Shown: piece after piece, positions 26,776 to 36,967 of the stretch
How positions within the stretch are numbered: position 1 is the first letter of the stretch
Layout of the letters: each line of letters begins with the position of its first letter
Assembly: GCA_002381155.1 (NCBI GenBank)
Contig: DFQX01000087.1
Location: forward strand, 1,435 to 65,434
Reading direction: 5' to 3'
DNA: 64,000 bases
DNA from: Flavobacteriaceae bacterium UBA3478
GTDB lineage: Bacteria > Bacteroidota > Bacteroidia > Flavobacteriales > Flavobacteriaceae
Translations under genes and position numbers: made by a program
The notes under the pieces: model-generated
The model's input: only the letters and a program-made list of their open reading frames with translations
Told to the model about the DNA's origin: nothing
Databases searched by the model: none

Positions 26776-27792
26776 ATGAAACCAGACCTTCTCAGTTTTA
26801 CATCTAAAGGAATCTACTGTGCCGCGGCCGATGTCTATCTCGATCCATGGCGACCAGTGGACAAGGCGATTATTTCCCATGCTCATGCAGATCACAGCCG
26901 TTTTGGAAACAAAAAATATATCGCCCACCACTACAGCGTTCCAGTAATGAAGCACCGATTAGGGACGATCAATGTTCAAGGAGTTTCTTGGAATGATCCC
27001 TTCAGTGTAAACGGAGTTGAATTCACTCTATACCCCGCCGGACACATCGTAGGGTCTTCCCTTATTAAAGTACAGCATAGAGGAGAAATTGCACTTTTTA
27101 CTGGAGACTACAAACTCGAAAACGACGGTCTTAGCACTCCACTCGAAATGCAACGATGTCATACACTGATCACCGAATGTACTTTCGGGCTACCCATTTT
27201 TAGATGGAAACCTCAACAAGAGGTATTTTCAGAAATAAAGAACTGGTGGAGCTTCAATCAGCAGAATTCATTTACTAGTGTGATTTACGCCTATAGTTTA
27301 GGAAAGGCACAAAGACTATTGCATCATCTTCAATCCACTCATGGCCCTATTCTAGTCCATCCTGCTATTGCAGCAGTCAATGAGTCATTATCGAATATTG
27401 TTTCGTTTGAGAATGTAAAAACGCTAACGGCTGATAAAAATCCAATAGACTACCCTGGAGCACTACTTATACTACCCCCCTCAGGCAGAGAAGCTAAATA
27501 CCTAAAGAAATGGGGAGAACTAAGGACAGCAAGTGCCAGTGGATGGATGGCTACTCGCGGTAATCGAAGAAGAAGAAATGTCGACAGAGGCTTCGTAATC
27601 TCAGATCACTGCGACTTTGACGCACTAAACACCTGCATAAAATACAGTGAAGCCGAAAAGGTAATCTGCACCCACGGGTTCACCGATATCTATTCCAAAT
27701 ATCTCAGAGAAACTGGGTTTAACGCAGGAACCGAGCATGCCGAATTTGAAGAAGAGGAAGTTGAAAATAGTACAGACCTACTGCTACAATGA
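26776..27792 (+). CDS. Ligase-associated DNA damage response exonuclease (MBL/beta-CASP fold)
   Basis: Motif SHAHADH. It is the first gene of a four-gene, stop/start-coupled operon with an ATP-dependent ligase, a DEXH helicase and PdeM. Confidence 0.8.
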   Translation: MKPDLLSFTSKGIYCAAADVYLDPWRPVDKAIISHAHADHSRFGNKKYIAHHYSVPVMKHRLGTINVQGVSWNDPFSVNGVEFTLYPAGHIVGSSLIKVQHRGEIALFTGDYKLENDGLSTPLEMQRCHTLITECTFGLPIFRWKPQQEVFSEIKNWWSFNQQNSFTSVIYAYSLGKAQRLLHHLQSTHGPILVHPAIAAVNESLSNIVSFENVKTLTADKNPIDYPGALLILPPSGREAKYLKKWGELRTASASGWMATRGNRRRRNVDRGFVISDHCDFDALNTCIKYSEAEKVICTHGFTDIYSKYLRETGFNAGTEHAEFEEEEVENSTDLLLQ

Positions 27793-29387
27793 AAGACTTC
27801 TCACTACTCATTCAGCGTTTAGATCAACTCACCAAAACCAGTGAAAAAGTAAAGGTGTTAAGTCATTACTTCAAGACTGCACCGCAAAAAGATGTGGTTT
27901 GGGCGATCGCGATCTGGTCCCACAGAAGACCCAAAAGGCCCGTATCAACGACACTATTAAGAGCATGGGCTTCAGAATTAGCTGGGGTCGATCAGTGGCT
28001 ATTTGAAGACAGTTATCACATCGTTGGTGATTTAGCAGAAACCATTGCCTTACTTACCTGTAAGAAGGAGATCACAGGCCATCCTTCAGGAGAATCTCTA
28101 AGCACCATTATCGAGGACTTAATCGCGCTGAAGACACAACCAGAAGACCAAAAGAAGACCTACATAACGAAGAAATGGGCTGAACTTAATTATTTCGGAA
28201 GTTTCACTTTTACCAAATTACTCACTGGAGGTTTTCGAATTGGAATCAGTCAAAAGCTGATGACCAAAGCTCTGGAGAGTGCCTTTGATATTCCTTCAGA
28301 TGAAATTGCCTACAGACTTATGGGTAAGTGGGACCCTTCAGAAGTAACCTTACAGAAACTATTATTAGACAACGACCCAGAAGCGAATCAGTCGAGACCT
28401 TACCCTTTCTTTCTAGCATATCCGGTAGAAAATACGCTCAAAGATCTAGGAGATGTTTCTCAGTGGAGCATTGAACATAAATGGGATGGAATCCGTGCAC
28501 AACTCATCAAAAGAAATGAAACGTTCGCAATTTGGTCAAGAGGAGAAGAGCTCATTACTGAACAATTCCCCGAATTACATCGAATCAAAGAACTTCTAAC
28601 AGAAGATGTAGTTATCGACGGAGAGATCATTCCGATAAAAGATGGCTTGCCCGATCACTTCGGTACCCTTCAAAAAAGACTAAATCGAAAAAGAATCACC
28701 AATTCCTTGTTAGAAGAGGCTCCCGTGGTGTTTCGAGCCTATGATCTACTAGAGTATCAAGGCAAAGACCTTCGAGAGCAAACTTACCTTAAGCGCAGAA
28801 ATTTTCTAGAAAGTATCTCATTTAGCGGGCCTTTACAACTATCAAAATTTAAAATCTTCAAAAACTGGCAAGAAGTTGAAGATGAAAGACTTCGTTCTAA
28901 AGAAGTAAAAAGCGAAGGCCTCATGTTAAAACACCTAGACAGCACCTATGGAGTAGGCCGCAAAAAAGGGGATTGGTTCAAATATAAAAATGACCCTCTC
29001 AATTGCGATGCAATATTAACCTATGTGATGCGAGGTCATGGTCGAAGAAGTAGCCTTTACACTGATTTTACTTTTGCACTATGGGATAGAGATCCTAATG
29101 ATCCTGAAGCACAATTGGTAACCTTTGCCAAAGCCTATTCTGGGCTCACTGACCAGGAATTCAAAGAAATTAATCGATGGATTCGATCGAATGCTCTTGA
29201 AAAATTCGGACCCGTTAGAGCGGTTAAACCTGAACTCGTTTTTGAAATTGCCTTTGAGGGAGTTGCCCCATCCTCTAGACACAAAAGTGGCTATGCGACA
29301 AGATTTCCTAGAATTGTGCGATGGCGAAAGGACAAAAAAATCGATGAAGCCAACCAGCTAGAAGACCTTAAAAATTTAGTACGCTAA
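27789..29387 (+). CDS. ATP-dependent DNA ligase
   Basis: Adenylation motif I EHKWDGIR, later motifs EGLMLK and DWFKYK, and an OB-fold tail. Confidence 0.85.
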   Translation: MKDFSLLIQRLDQLTKTSEKVKVLSHYFKTAPQKDVVWAIAIWSHRRPKRPVSTTLLRAWASELAGVDQWLFEDSYHIVGDLAETIALLTCKKEITGHPSGESLSTIIEDLIALKTQPEDQKKTYITKKWAELNYFGSFTFTKLLTGGFRIGISQKLMTKALESAFDIPSDEIAYRLMGKWDPSEVTLQKLLLDNDPEANQSRPYPFFLAYPVENTLKDLGDVSQWSIEHKWDGIRAQLIKRNETFAIWSRGEELITEQFPELHRIKELLTEDVVIDGEIIPIKDGLPDHFGTLQKRLNRKRITNSLLEEAPVVFRAYDLLEYQGKDLREQTYLKRRNFLESISFSGPLQLSKFKIFKNWQEVEDERLRSKEVKSEGLMLKHLDSTYGVGRKKGDWFKYKNDPLNCDAILTYVMRGHGRRSSLYTDFTFALWDRDPNDPEAQLVTFAKAYSGLTDQEFKEINRWIRSNALEKFGPVRAVKPELVFEIAFEGVAPSSRHKSGYATRFPRIVRWRKDKKIDEANQLEDLKNLVR

Positions 29388-29389
29388 AA

Positions 29390-31825
29390 ATGGAACGGGC
29401 TATCGAAAATATTGTTTCATGGTTTGAAGAAAAAAAATGGGAGCCCTTCCCATTTCAAAAGGATTGCTGGAACGCCTATCTTAATGGTAGTTCGGGTTTA
29501 TTAATGGCACCCACAGGTTCAGGTAAAACCTTAGCTCTCGGTGCCCCAATCTTACAATCTATTGATCCTAAGAAAAAGGGCTTACAAGCATTGTGGATCA
29601 CTCCCCTTAGAGCGTTGTCTCAAGAAATTTTCGAGGCTCTAGAAAAGGCCTCTGTAGCAATGAAACTGAACATTGAAGTAGGGCTTCGTAACGGGGATAC
29701 TTCAACCAAAGAAAGAACGAAGCAACGAAAATCGCTTCCTCCACTACTTATTACTACACCCGAAAGTCTTCAATTACTTCTTGCCTCTAAAGATTATGAG
29801 GCCCGATTTAAGCATTTAAAAAGTATCGTCATCGACGAGTGGCATGATTTATATGCCAGTAAACGCGGAGCACTTCTAGAGTTAGGCTTGTCTCGACTTA
29901 AAGGAATTAACCCAAGGCTGCAAATTTGGGGAATAAGTGCTACCCTAGGCGACCCTCTTCTTGCATTATCTGTTTTAAAAGGTAGCGTCATTGAAAATGA
30001 AAAAGTACCTGACGGATGGACCATTATCCAATCAAATCTAACCAAGGAGATATTGATTGAATCGCTCATCCCAGAGAAAGCCGATCGATTCCCTTGGCGC
30101 GGACACTTAGGCCTTCATCTTATCCATCAAATCGGCCCACTACTAGAGAAAAGTAAAAGCATTCTCATTTTTACCAATACTCGCAGTCAATGCGAAATTT
30201 GGTTTCAGGCATTACTCTCCCACTACCCCGATTTAGCAGGTCAAATGGCCATGCATCATAGTTCCATTGAGAAAAACACTCGGCTTTGGGTAGAAAATGC
30301 GCTTAGAAATGAAAGCCTAAAAGTCGTAGTGTGCACCTCGAGTCTCGACTTAGGCGTTGACTTCGCTCCGGTCGAAACGGTAATTCAAGTTGCTGGACCC
30401 AAAAGTATTGCGAGGCTCATGCAGCGCGCAGGCCGAAGTGGACACCAACCTGGAGCTCAAAGCAAGTTATACTTTCTACCGACCCATGCCATGGAAATTA
30501 TAGAATCGGCAGCGCTTAAGATTGCTGTTCAAGAGAAGCAGATCGAAGCAAGCGTACCCTACCTTAATTCCTATGATTTACTTATTCAATATTTAACGAC
30601 CCTTGCTGTTTCTGATGGATTCTACCCTCACCAAATATTTCCTGAGGTTCAAAGCACTTTTTGTTTCCAAACCCTATCTGAGGAAGAATGGAATTGGATC
30701 CTTCGTTTTATTACCACCGGTGGAGATAGCTTAGAAAATTATGATGAGTACCAACGGGTAACGATTGAAGAAGATGGAAAATACCTAGTGACCAAACGTT
30801 CGATTGCCATGCGTCACCGATTTCAGATAGGTACCATTGTATCAGATGCTACTCTATCGGTACACTTTATTAGCGGAGGATTTATTGGTACTCTAGAGGA
30901 GTGGTTCGTCTCACAGTTACAGCCCGGCGATCACTTTACATTTGCAGGCCGTGTTTTAGAATTTATTCGAGTTCGTGAAATGAAGGTTCAAGTGCGATTA
31001 AGTAAAAGTAAATCGAGTAAAGTTCCCGCATGGATGGGCGGAAGACTATCATTTAGTTCTGAAATGTCTATGTATTTGCAAACAGCACTCACCAAACTCG
31101 AGAAAAATAGTGAAGAGTTAGTCAAAGAAATAAAAGGCCTTAAAGCAGTTTTTGAAGCACAAAAAAAGGAGAGTATTATCCCTGATAAACACACCTTTTT
31201 AGTCGAAACCTTTAAGACAAAAGAAGGTTGTCATCACCTTTTCTACACTTTTGAGGGTCGCTTTATCAATGAAGCCCTAGCTAATCTATTAGCCTATCGG
31301 TTAAGCCTGTTACATCCGATAAGTTGCTCCCTTGCATATAATGATTATGGATTTGAGTTACTCTCTGATCAGTTGATCGACGTAGAAGAAATTGAAACTC
31401 AAGAACTTTGGTCTACAAGAGATTTAATGATCGATCTAAGAGCAAGTATTAACCTCAGCGAACTCTCACGTAGGAGCTTTAGAGATATCGCTGTAATTAG
31501 TGGGCTCGTATTTAACGGATACCCTGGAAAGCCAGTTAAAACCAAACACCTCCAAAGCTCGAGTCAATTGGTCTATGAGGTATTCAAGAGCTATGAGCCT
31601 GACAATCTATTAATGCTTCAAGCCGAGAGAGAGGTCTTTGAACACCAACTTGAATTTGACCGTTTAAAAAGAGTGCTTGAAAATATCAATCGCAAAAACA
31701 CCTACATCGCTAGATGCGAGAAGCCAACTCCTTTTTCATTTCCTATAATCACCGACCGTTTGAGAGCACGGCTATCGAACGAAGATCTCGAAAAACGAAT
31801 TCAAAAAATGATTCAACAGCTATGA
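29390..31825 (+). CDS. Ligase-associated DNA damage response DEXH-box helicase (Lhr-like)
   Basis: Walker A APTGSGKT, motif II VIDEWHDL and motif VI QRAGRSGH. Confidence 0.85.
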   Translation: MERAIENIVSWFEEKKWEPFPFQKDCWNAYLNGSSGLLMAPTGSGKTLALGAPILQSIDPKKKGLQALWITPLRALSQEIFEALEKASVAMKLNIEVGLRNGDTSTKERTKQRKSLPPLLITTPESLQLLLASKDYEARFKHLKSIVIDEWHDLYASKRGALLELGLSRLKGINPRLQIWGISATLGDPLLALSVLKGSVIENEKVPDGWTIIQSNLTKEILIESLIPEKADRFPWRGHLGLHLIHQIGPLLEKSKSILIFTNTRSQCEIWFQALLSHYPDLAGQMAMHHSSIEKNTRLWVENALRNESLKVVVCTSSLDLGVDFAPVETVIQVAGPKSIARLMQRAGRSGHQPGAQSKLYFLPTHAMEIIESAALKIAVQEKQIEASVPYLNSYDLLIQYLTTLAVSDGFYPHQIFPEVQSTFCFQTLSEEEWNWILRFITTGGDSLENYDEYQRVTIEEDGKYLVTKRSIAMRHRFQIGTIVSDATLSVHFISGGFIGTLEEWFVSQLQPGDHFTFAGRVLEFIRVREMKVQVRLSKSKSSKVPAWMGGRLSFSSEMSMYLQTALTKLEKNSEELVKEIKGLKAVFEAQKKESIIPDKHTFLVETFKTKEGCHHLFYTFEGRFINEALANLLAYRLSLLHPISCSLAYNDYGFELLSDQLIDVEEIETQELWSTRDLMIDLRASINLSELSRRSFRDIAVISGLVFNGYPGKPVKTKHLQSSSQLVYEVFKSYEPDNLLMLQAEREVFEHQLEFDRLKRVLENINRKNTYIARCEKPTPFSFPIITDRLRARLSNEDLEKRIQKMIQQL

Positions 31826-32451
31826 CCTTGAACTTTGCCGATCAGTCCTTTGAATTACATCCGTCTGGCGCCTTATTTTGGCCCAATGAGGAGTTGCTCA
31901 TTATTAGCGATGTTCATTTAGGGAAGATTACTCATTTCAGAAAACATGGAATGCCCATACCCAATGATGCAGTTCTAGAAAACTTTGAAAAACTCGATGG
32001 GGTAATCGATTATTTCAATCCTGCAGAATTGATTTTTCTTGGAGACTTATTTCACTCTTCCTTCAATAAGGAATTTGATCAATTCAAATTATGGGTTGAA
32101 AACCAAAGTATACCTGTACGATTAATAAAAGGGAACCACGAAGTTTTAGAGGACAGCACTTATGAATCGTTCGGAATCGAAGTTGAATCTCATATCACGT
32201 TCGATACGTTTCGATTACAGCATCATCCAGAAGAGGATGATAGTAGTATACCCGTTATTTGTGGGCACATACACCCCGCTTATCTCTTAAAAGGAAAAGC
32301 AAGAGATCAAATAAAACTCAAGTGCTTCCACGCCACAGAGACACAGCTTACCCTACCCGCTTTTGGAGTTTTTACAGGAAGTCATCTGATTACCCCTGAA
32401 CCGAACGATCAAATAGTATTACTAGCAGGCGACGGTCTAATTGCCATTTAG
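31822..32451 (+). CDS. pdeM: Ligase-associated DNA damage response endonuclease PdeM (metallophosphoesterase)
   Basis: Motifs SDVHLGK, GDLFH, GNHE and GHIHP. The ATG overlaps the helicase stop (ATGA). Confidence 0.75.
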   Translation: MTLNFADQSFELHPSGALFWPNEELLIISDVHLGKITHFRKHGMPIPNDAVLENFEKLDGVIDYFNPAELIFLGDLFHSSFNKEFDQFKLWVENQSIPVRLIKGNHEVLEDSTYESFGIEVESHITFDTFRLQHHPEEDDSSIPVICGHIHPAYLLKGKARDQIKLKCFHATETQLTLPAFGVFTGSHLITPEPNDQIVLLAGDGLIAI

Positions 32452-32454
32452 AGC

Positions 32455-32462
32455 TATCTTTG
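32455..32462 (+). promoter_or_regulatory. -7 box TATCTTTG (mfd)
   Basis: Matches TAnnTTTG, only 10 nt before the ATG. Confidence 0.45.
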
Positions 32463-32472
32463 CACCGCCTTT

Positions 32473-35400
32473 ATGAGTTCTATTTCTGAACAAATCATTC
32501 AAAAATTCACCACCTCAAATTCTTTTGAGGCTGCACTGTCACGTTTAGAAAATACCCGTGGAGAGATTAAAATTACGGGGCTGACACAATCAGGAATTTC
32601 CATTTTTATCTCAAGCGGTCATCAAAAAAATCAAAAGAACTGGCTAGTTATCGTTGAAGACAAAGAGGCGGCCGCATACATCCAGAACGACTTAGAGCGA
32701 TTCCTTGGTAAAGACGAAGCACTTTTTTATCCAGCTTCTTATCGTCGTCCTTATGAAATTGAAGCAATCGACAATGCGAATGTGCTCATGCGATCCGAAG
32801 TGCTTCAGCAACTTTCTGAAAGTAAGAAACCTAAGGTGATTGTAACCTATATCGATGCGCTGCTAGAAAAAATCATTACCAAAAAGGATTTTGTAAGTCA
32901 ACGAATCGATCTTAAAACAGGAGATCAAGTCGGATTAGATTTTATCAACGAAAGCCTATTCGAATTTGGATTTGAACGTACCGACTTTGTTACCGAACCT
33001 GGAGAGTTTTCGGTTCGAGGAGGTATCATAGACGTTTACTCCTTTGCCCACGACTTACCTTATCGTATAGAATTTTTTGGCAATGAAGTAGAAAGCATAC
33101 GAACCTTCGATATCGAAACTCAGCTTTCAAAAGAAGCGGTCAGTAACCTAACCATCGTACCGAACATGGATCGATCGGCAAGTGTTCAAGAACGAATTTC
33201 ATTCTTAGAATATTTTGATCCAGAGAACACCACGGTTTTTGTTCAAGAAATTGAGGTAATCAAGAAAAAACTAGATGAACTTTACGAAAAAGCTGAGCAA
33301 CAGTTTGAGAAGTTAGATAGTCCATTGAAGCACGCTCATCCTTCTGCCCTTTTCAGCAGTTCAGAAACCCTAGAGAAAGACCTTATATCTCATTCTTATG
33401 CCCGCTTAGAAAAAGAGCGTTCAGAAAACAGTATTGATTTTAAACAAAAAAGTCAACCCGCCTTCAATAAGCGATTTGATCTTCTTTGGAAAGAACTTCA
33501 AACGAAAAAGGAAGACGGATACACTTGTTATTTACACTGCAGTTCAACACAACAAGTAGAACGTTTTAAAGAAATATTTGCAAAGCATGAGACCACTCTT
33601 CCTTACACTCCGGTAATCATGCCGCTAATGGGTGGTTTTGTAGATGAACAGGCAAAACTCTGCTGTTATACTGATCATGAAATCTTCGAACGTTATCACA
33701 AATTTAGTGTTCGTGGGGCAGCCGCTAAAAAGCAAAAACTCAGTCTGGCAGAACTCAACAAGCTGGAGGTCGGTGACTACGTTACGCATATCGATCACGG
33801 AATAGGAACCTTCGGAGGACTTCAGAAAATTGAGGTGGAGGGTAAAATGCAGGAGGCAATTAAGTTGATTTACGGCGATCGAGACATCTTGTATGTGAGT
33901 ATTCATTCACTCCATAAAATCGCTAAATACAATGGTAAAGATGGAGTGACTCCAAAACTCTACAAGCTTGGCTCTGGTGCTTGGCAAAAAGTCAAAGAAA
34001 AGACCAAATCGCATGTCAAAAAGGTTGCTTTTGATCTTATTCAAGTCTATGCTAAAAGACGATTAGAAAAAGGCTTTCAGTTTGGTCCCGACTCTTATTT
34101 ACAGCATGAACTAGAGGCCTCCTTTATCTATGAAGACACTCCCGATCAAGAAAAAGCTACTCGAGAAGTTAAGGCCGACATGGAGCGTGATCGTCCTATG
34201 GATCGTCTAGTCTGTGGAGATGTTGGTTTTGGTAAAACCGAAGTTGCTATTAGAGCAGCCTTCAAAGCGGTAGATAATGGAAAGCAGGTTGCGGTGCTTG
34301 TACCCACTACTATTCTCGCCTTTCAACATGCAAAGACCTTTGCAAAACGTTTAGAAGACTTACCAGTACGAGTAGATTTTTTAAATCGTTTCAGAACCGC
34401 TAAAGAGAAGAAGGAGGTCTTAGAGGATGTAAAAGCAGGGAAGATTGATATTCTAATCGGATCCCATCAGATTGTCAACAAAAATGTCAAATTCAAAGAC
34501 CTCGGACTACTAATCGTCGATGAAGAACAAAAGTTTGGGGTGTCTGTAAAAGAACGTATCAAATCATTCAAGGCAAGTATTGATGTGCTTACCCTCACGG
34601 CGACACCTATACCTAGAACGCTTCAGTTTAGTTTGATGGCAGCAAGGGACTTATCGGTGATCAGTACCCCACCGCCAAACCGATACCCGATTGAAAGTAG
34701 TGTCATACGATTCGATTTAGAGGCCATTCGCGATGCAGTTAGCTTTGAAATTGAACGTGGCGGACAGATTTATTTCATACACAATCGCATCGAGAATATT
34801 AAGGAAGTGGCAGGGATGATTCAACAGCTCGTTCCTGACGCACGAATCAGAACCGGTCATGGTAGAATGGACGGTAAAGATCTCGAAGAACTCATGCTCG
34901 ATTTTATGAATGGAAATTTCGATGTTCTGGTCTCCACGACCATCGTTGAGAGTGGACTCGATATACCCAATGCGAATACCATTTTAATCCACAACGCGCA
35001 CAGCTTTGGTCTCAGCGATTTACATCAAATGCGCGGTAGGGTAGGACGATCGAATAAAAAGGCATTTTGTTATTTCATCACAGATCCTTTTGAATCACTA
35101 ACTAGTGAAGCAAGAAAAAGAATGGAGGCTTTAGCTCAATTCACTGAGCTCGGAAGCGGATTCCAAATTGCGATGAAAGACCTTGAAATTAGAGGTGCGG
35201 GTGATTTATTAGGAGGTGAGCAAAGTGGTTTCATTACAGATATTGGATTTGATACCTACCAAAAAATTGTTTCTGAGGCTATCGAAGAACTAAAAAATAA
35301 CGAGTTTAAATCGATCTACGAGGAGGAAAAAGAAAACGAAGAGGTAAAAGAGTACATCAGCGAAGTGCAAATAGACACTGATTTAGAATTGCTCTTCCCC

Positions 35401-35814
35401 GATGATTATATCAATGCAAACGCCGAACGCTTAAGTCTTTACCAAGAGTTGAGCGAAATCGAAAGCGCTGAAGCGTTAACCAGTTTTACCAAACGATTAA
35501 TAGATCGATTTGGGCCGCTTCCGCAGGCTGCAAATGATCTGCTTCTGTCTATTTCACTGAAGTGGATCGCCAAGTCACTTGGAATTGAAAAAATCGTCTT
35601 CAAACGAGAAACACTGATCGGGTACTTCTTGTCAGATAGCAAATCAGAATTCTATCAGAGTGCAGCCTTTCAGCATCTAATCAAGGCTTCGGCTACATTG
35701 CCTTGTGCCTTGAAAGAAAAACCTTCAAAGAACGGGCCTCGATTACTGATTCGCTTCGATCAAATCAAATCGTTAGAAGAAGCAATAGACGCCCTTAAAC
35801 AACTACAACTATAA
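32473..35814 (+). CDS. mfd: Transcription-repair coupling factor
   Basis: 1113 aa with [18 protein letters not shown] and the TRG/helicase C region. Confidence 0.95.
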   Translation: MSSISEQIIQKFTTSNSFEAALSRLENTRGEIKITGLTQSGISIFISSGHQKNQKNWLVIVEDKEAAAYIQNDLERFLGKDEALFYPASYRRPYEIEAIDNANVLMRSEVLQQLSESKKPKVIVTYIDALLEKIITKKDFVSQRIDLKTGDQVGLDFINESLFEFGFERTDFVTEPGEFSVRGGIIDVYSFAHDLPYRIEFFGNEVESIRTFDIETQLSKEAVSNLTIVPNMDRSASVQERISFLEYFDPENTTVFVQEIEVIKKKLDELYEKAEQQFEKLDSPLKHAHPSALFSSSETLEKDLISHSYARLEKERSENSIDFKQKSQPAFNKRFDLLWKELQTKKEDGYTCYLHCSSTQQVERFKEIFAKHETTLPYTPVIMPLMGGFVDEQAKLCCYTDHEIFERYHKFSVRGAAAKKQKLSLAELNKLEVGDYVTHIDHGIGTFGGLQKIEVEGKMQEAIKLIYGDRDILYVSIHSLHKIAKYNGKDGVTPKLYKLGSGAWQKVKEKTKSHVKKVAFDLIQVYAKRRLEKGFQFGPDSYLQHELEASFIYEDTPDQEKATREVKADMERDRPMDRLVCGDVGFGKTEVAIRAAFKAVDNGKQVAVLVPTTILAFQHAKTFAKRLEDLPVRVDFLNRFRTAKEKKEVLEDVKAGKIDILIGSHQIVNKNVKFKDLGLLIVDEEQKFGVSVKERIKSFKASIDVLTLTATPIPRTLQFSLMAARDLSVISTPPPNRYPIESSVIRFDLEAIRDAVSFEIERGGQIYFIHNRIENIKEVAGMIQQLVPDARIRTGHGRMDGKDLEELMLDFMNGNFDVLVSTTIVESGLDIPNANTILIHNAHSFGLSDLHQMRGRVGRSNKKAFCYFITDPFESLTSEARKRMEALAQFTELGSGFQIAMKDLEIRGAGDLLGGEQSGFITDIGFDTYQKIVSEAIEELKNNEFKSIYEEEKENEEVKEYISEVQIDTDLELLFPDDYINANAERLSLYQELSEIESAEALTSFTKRLIDRFGPLPQAANDLLLSISLKWIAKSLGIEKIVFKRETLIGYFLSDSKSEFYQSAAFQHLIKASATLPCALKEKPSKNGPRLLIRFDQIKSLEEAIDALKQLQL

Positions 35815-36468
35815 GGCTTTTAAAGCCTTGATTACCGTAAAAGCCTTATCTGCCTCAGGATCATCTACAATGATGGTAAATTCATTGGTGGTAGAAATCA
35901 CCTCATGCAGAACAATACCTTCCCAAGCCAAACGCTGAAAAATAAAATAGTAAACACCGGGGACAGTCACGTTCTCATGGGGTAGTTTAACCGTTACTGA
36001 AGCGAGATTAGTCACCTTTTGAGTCATGCGTTCACCACTAAAGAGGTCTTCGATATAGCGCTCTAATCGATCACTAACCACAATATTAATTTCGTTAACC
36101 CCGCGAGATGAAGTGTAAAAGACATCAGGATTTCGGTGAATCTCACGCATGAGTTCTGCCTGCTTTTCAAGAATACTCTCTGATGTTAAAAACGTAAAAT
36201 CAACTAAGGAGGAGCGCACCGTAATCTCCCCGATATTCTTCAAAACCTTCACAATCTTATGAGTAGCTCTAAACTCTAGGTGTTCTGAGAGACGCTTAAG
36301 AGCCATTACGATCGCACCTTCACGCACCTCTTTTCCTAGATAAGACTCAATTTCAGGTCGTATTTGACGAGATAAAGAGGTAAGATTAATGATGCCTTCA
36401 GCTAGGGCCGACTGAAGAAATGGTTTACGGTGAATGACACTTTCTACAACTGACGAAATAGTCTTCAT
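35809..36468 (-). CDS. Conserved hypothetical protein (possibly ACT-domain containing)
   Basis: A clean 219-aa ORF with no motif I can name confidently. The C-terminal half looks ACT-like. Confidence 0.35.
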   Translation of the reverse strand: MKTISSVVESVIHRKPFLQSALAEGIINLTSLSRQIRPEIESYLGKEVREGAIVMALKRLSEHLEFRATHKIVKVLKNIGEITVRSSLVDFTFLTSESILEKQAELMREIHRNPDVFYTSSRGVNEINIVVSDRLERYIEDLFSGERMTQKVTNLASVTVKLPHENVTVPGVYYFIFQRLAWEGIVLHEVISTTNEFTIIVDDPEADKAFTVIKALKAL

Positions 36469-36508
36469 ATAGTTAATTTATACAGATTGTTTTATTTCTA
36501 ACAATTCG

Positions 36509-36865
36509 TCAAATATATAAAGAAATGTCGATAAGATGCCAAACTTGTGAATTTTTCTGTTTTAAGTGGACGCTCACCAGATCTATTCGCAGCTCCTCAA
36601 CATCAGAAATTCGATGCACGTAGAATGAGCCTATGGCCTGTAACCTGGCAAACTGTGCTTTGGAAACACGTTGAATTACCTGATCTATAGTTAATAACCG
36701 TGTACTCGACTTCACCTCAATGACCACTAAAAGTCGGTCTTTAATTGCAAGGATATCAGCTTCTAAATGACCGAGTCTGCTATATTGATGAAGAATACGG
36801 TACCCTCGTTTTTTAAGAAAGGTTACTGCTTCTATCTGGCCGAGATCCCCTATAATTTTGCTCAT
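36509..36865 (-). CDS. YraN family (UPF0102) endonuclease-like protein
   Basis: GQIEAVTFLKKRGYRIL...GHLEADILA...LLVVIEVKSS matches the YraN pattern (E-x-D...E-V-K). Confidence 0.7.
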   Translation of the reverse strand: MSKIIGDLGQIEAVTFLKKRGYRILHQYSRLGHLEADILAIKDRLLVVIEVKSSTRLLTIDQVIQRVSKAQFARLQAIGSFYVHRISDVEELRIDLVSVHLKQKNSQVWHLIDISLYI

Positions 36866-36941
36866 TACTCTTAAAAATAGCGAACAGTTTATTCAGAAAT
36901 CGTTCGATAAACATCTAGAATCGATTCGATAAAGAATTAAC

Positions 36942-36949
36942 TATTTTTG
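36942..36949 (+). promoter_or_regulatory. -7 box TATTTTTG (metG)
   Basis: Matches TAnnTTTG, 18 nt before the ATG. Confidence 0.45.
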
Positions 36950-36967
36950 CCTTCAAATCATCAGTGA

